DNA from: Polyangiales bacterium
Lineage (GTDB): Bacteria > Myxococcota_A > Polyangia > Polyangiales > JADJQN01
Reading direction: 5' to 3'
Assembly: GCA_964202905.1 (NCBI GenBank)
Contig: CAXNJO010000006.1
Span: forward strand, 320,001-384,000
DNA length: 64,000 nucleotides
Part shown: piece after piece, positions 63,700 through 64,000 of the stretch
Layout: the number at the start of each line of letters is the position of its first letter
Position numbering within the stretch: the stretch's first letter is position 1
The notes under the pieces: generated by a model
Database searches by the model: none
What the model was told of the DNA's origin: nothing
What the model saw: only the letters and a program-made list of their open reading frames with translations
Made by a program: the position numbers and the translations under genes

Positions 63700-64000
63700 A
63701 TGGCCGCCGACGCTGCACGCAAGCTCGCGACGTACGCGGAGCTCCTCGACGCGCCGCCCGATCGGATCGCGGAGCTCATCCACGGCGCGCTCGAAGTGCA
63801 TCCCCGGCCGGCCGGGCCGCACACGCGCGTCGCCTCGGGGCTCGGGATCGAGCTCGGTGGGCCGTTCGATCGGGGCCGCGGCGGGCCCGGTGGCTGGATC
63901 CTGCTGTATGAGCCTGAGCTTCACCTCGGCCCGAACGTCCTCGTCCCCGACCTCGCGGCCTGGCGTCGTACGCGGCTCCCCGAGGTGCCGACCGCGGCGT
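63700..64000 (+). CDS. Uma2-family endonuclease, N-terminal part; runs off the window end
   Basis: Own translation: MAADAARKLATYAELLDAPPDRIAELIHG..PRP..GGPGGWILLYEPELHLG..VPDLAAWRR. Confidence 0.9.
   Translation, partial: MAADAARKLATYAELLDAPPDRIAELIHGALEVHPRPAGPHTRVASGLGIELGGPFDRGRGGPGGWILLYEPELHLGPNVLVPDLAAWRRTRLPEVPTAA

Overview
Very GC-rich bacterial chromosome segment, most likely Myxococcota (Polyangiales/Sandaracinus-like, inferred from MYXO-CTERM-type tails, Cys-rich FG-GAP lipoproteins and multiple Uma2 paralogs). The left ~41 kb is mostly housekeeping and envelope genes: partial copA, an amino-acid ABC transporter with a porin, fabH, an arsS-like radical SAM gene, lysA-argH, an L,D-transpeptidase, patatin, an M3 peptidase, a GH15-GH13 fusion and amtB. 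It also holds several odd proteins: a Lon-protease/TPR fusion, a catalytically degenerate P1B-ATPase and a possible GTPase-less dynamin-like stalk. The right ~23 kb mixes core genes (fumC, TPP riboswitch-thiC) with defence/accessory DNA. This includes an mrr gene bracketed by a 108-bp duplication of the amtB 3' end, a nucleotidyltransferase TA-like pair and three Uma2 nucleases. It also includes a type I-G (I-U) cas operon (cas3-csx17-csb1-csb2) with an in-frame TAA in cas3 and no cas1/cas2/cas4 or CRISPR array in the window. That operon is preceded by a hypothetical + HerA-like ATPase pair and a helically phased CCGGCAGG repeat array. No rRNA, tRNA, integrase or transposase was recognised. 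All calls come from motif reading only; no database searches were run.
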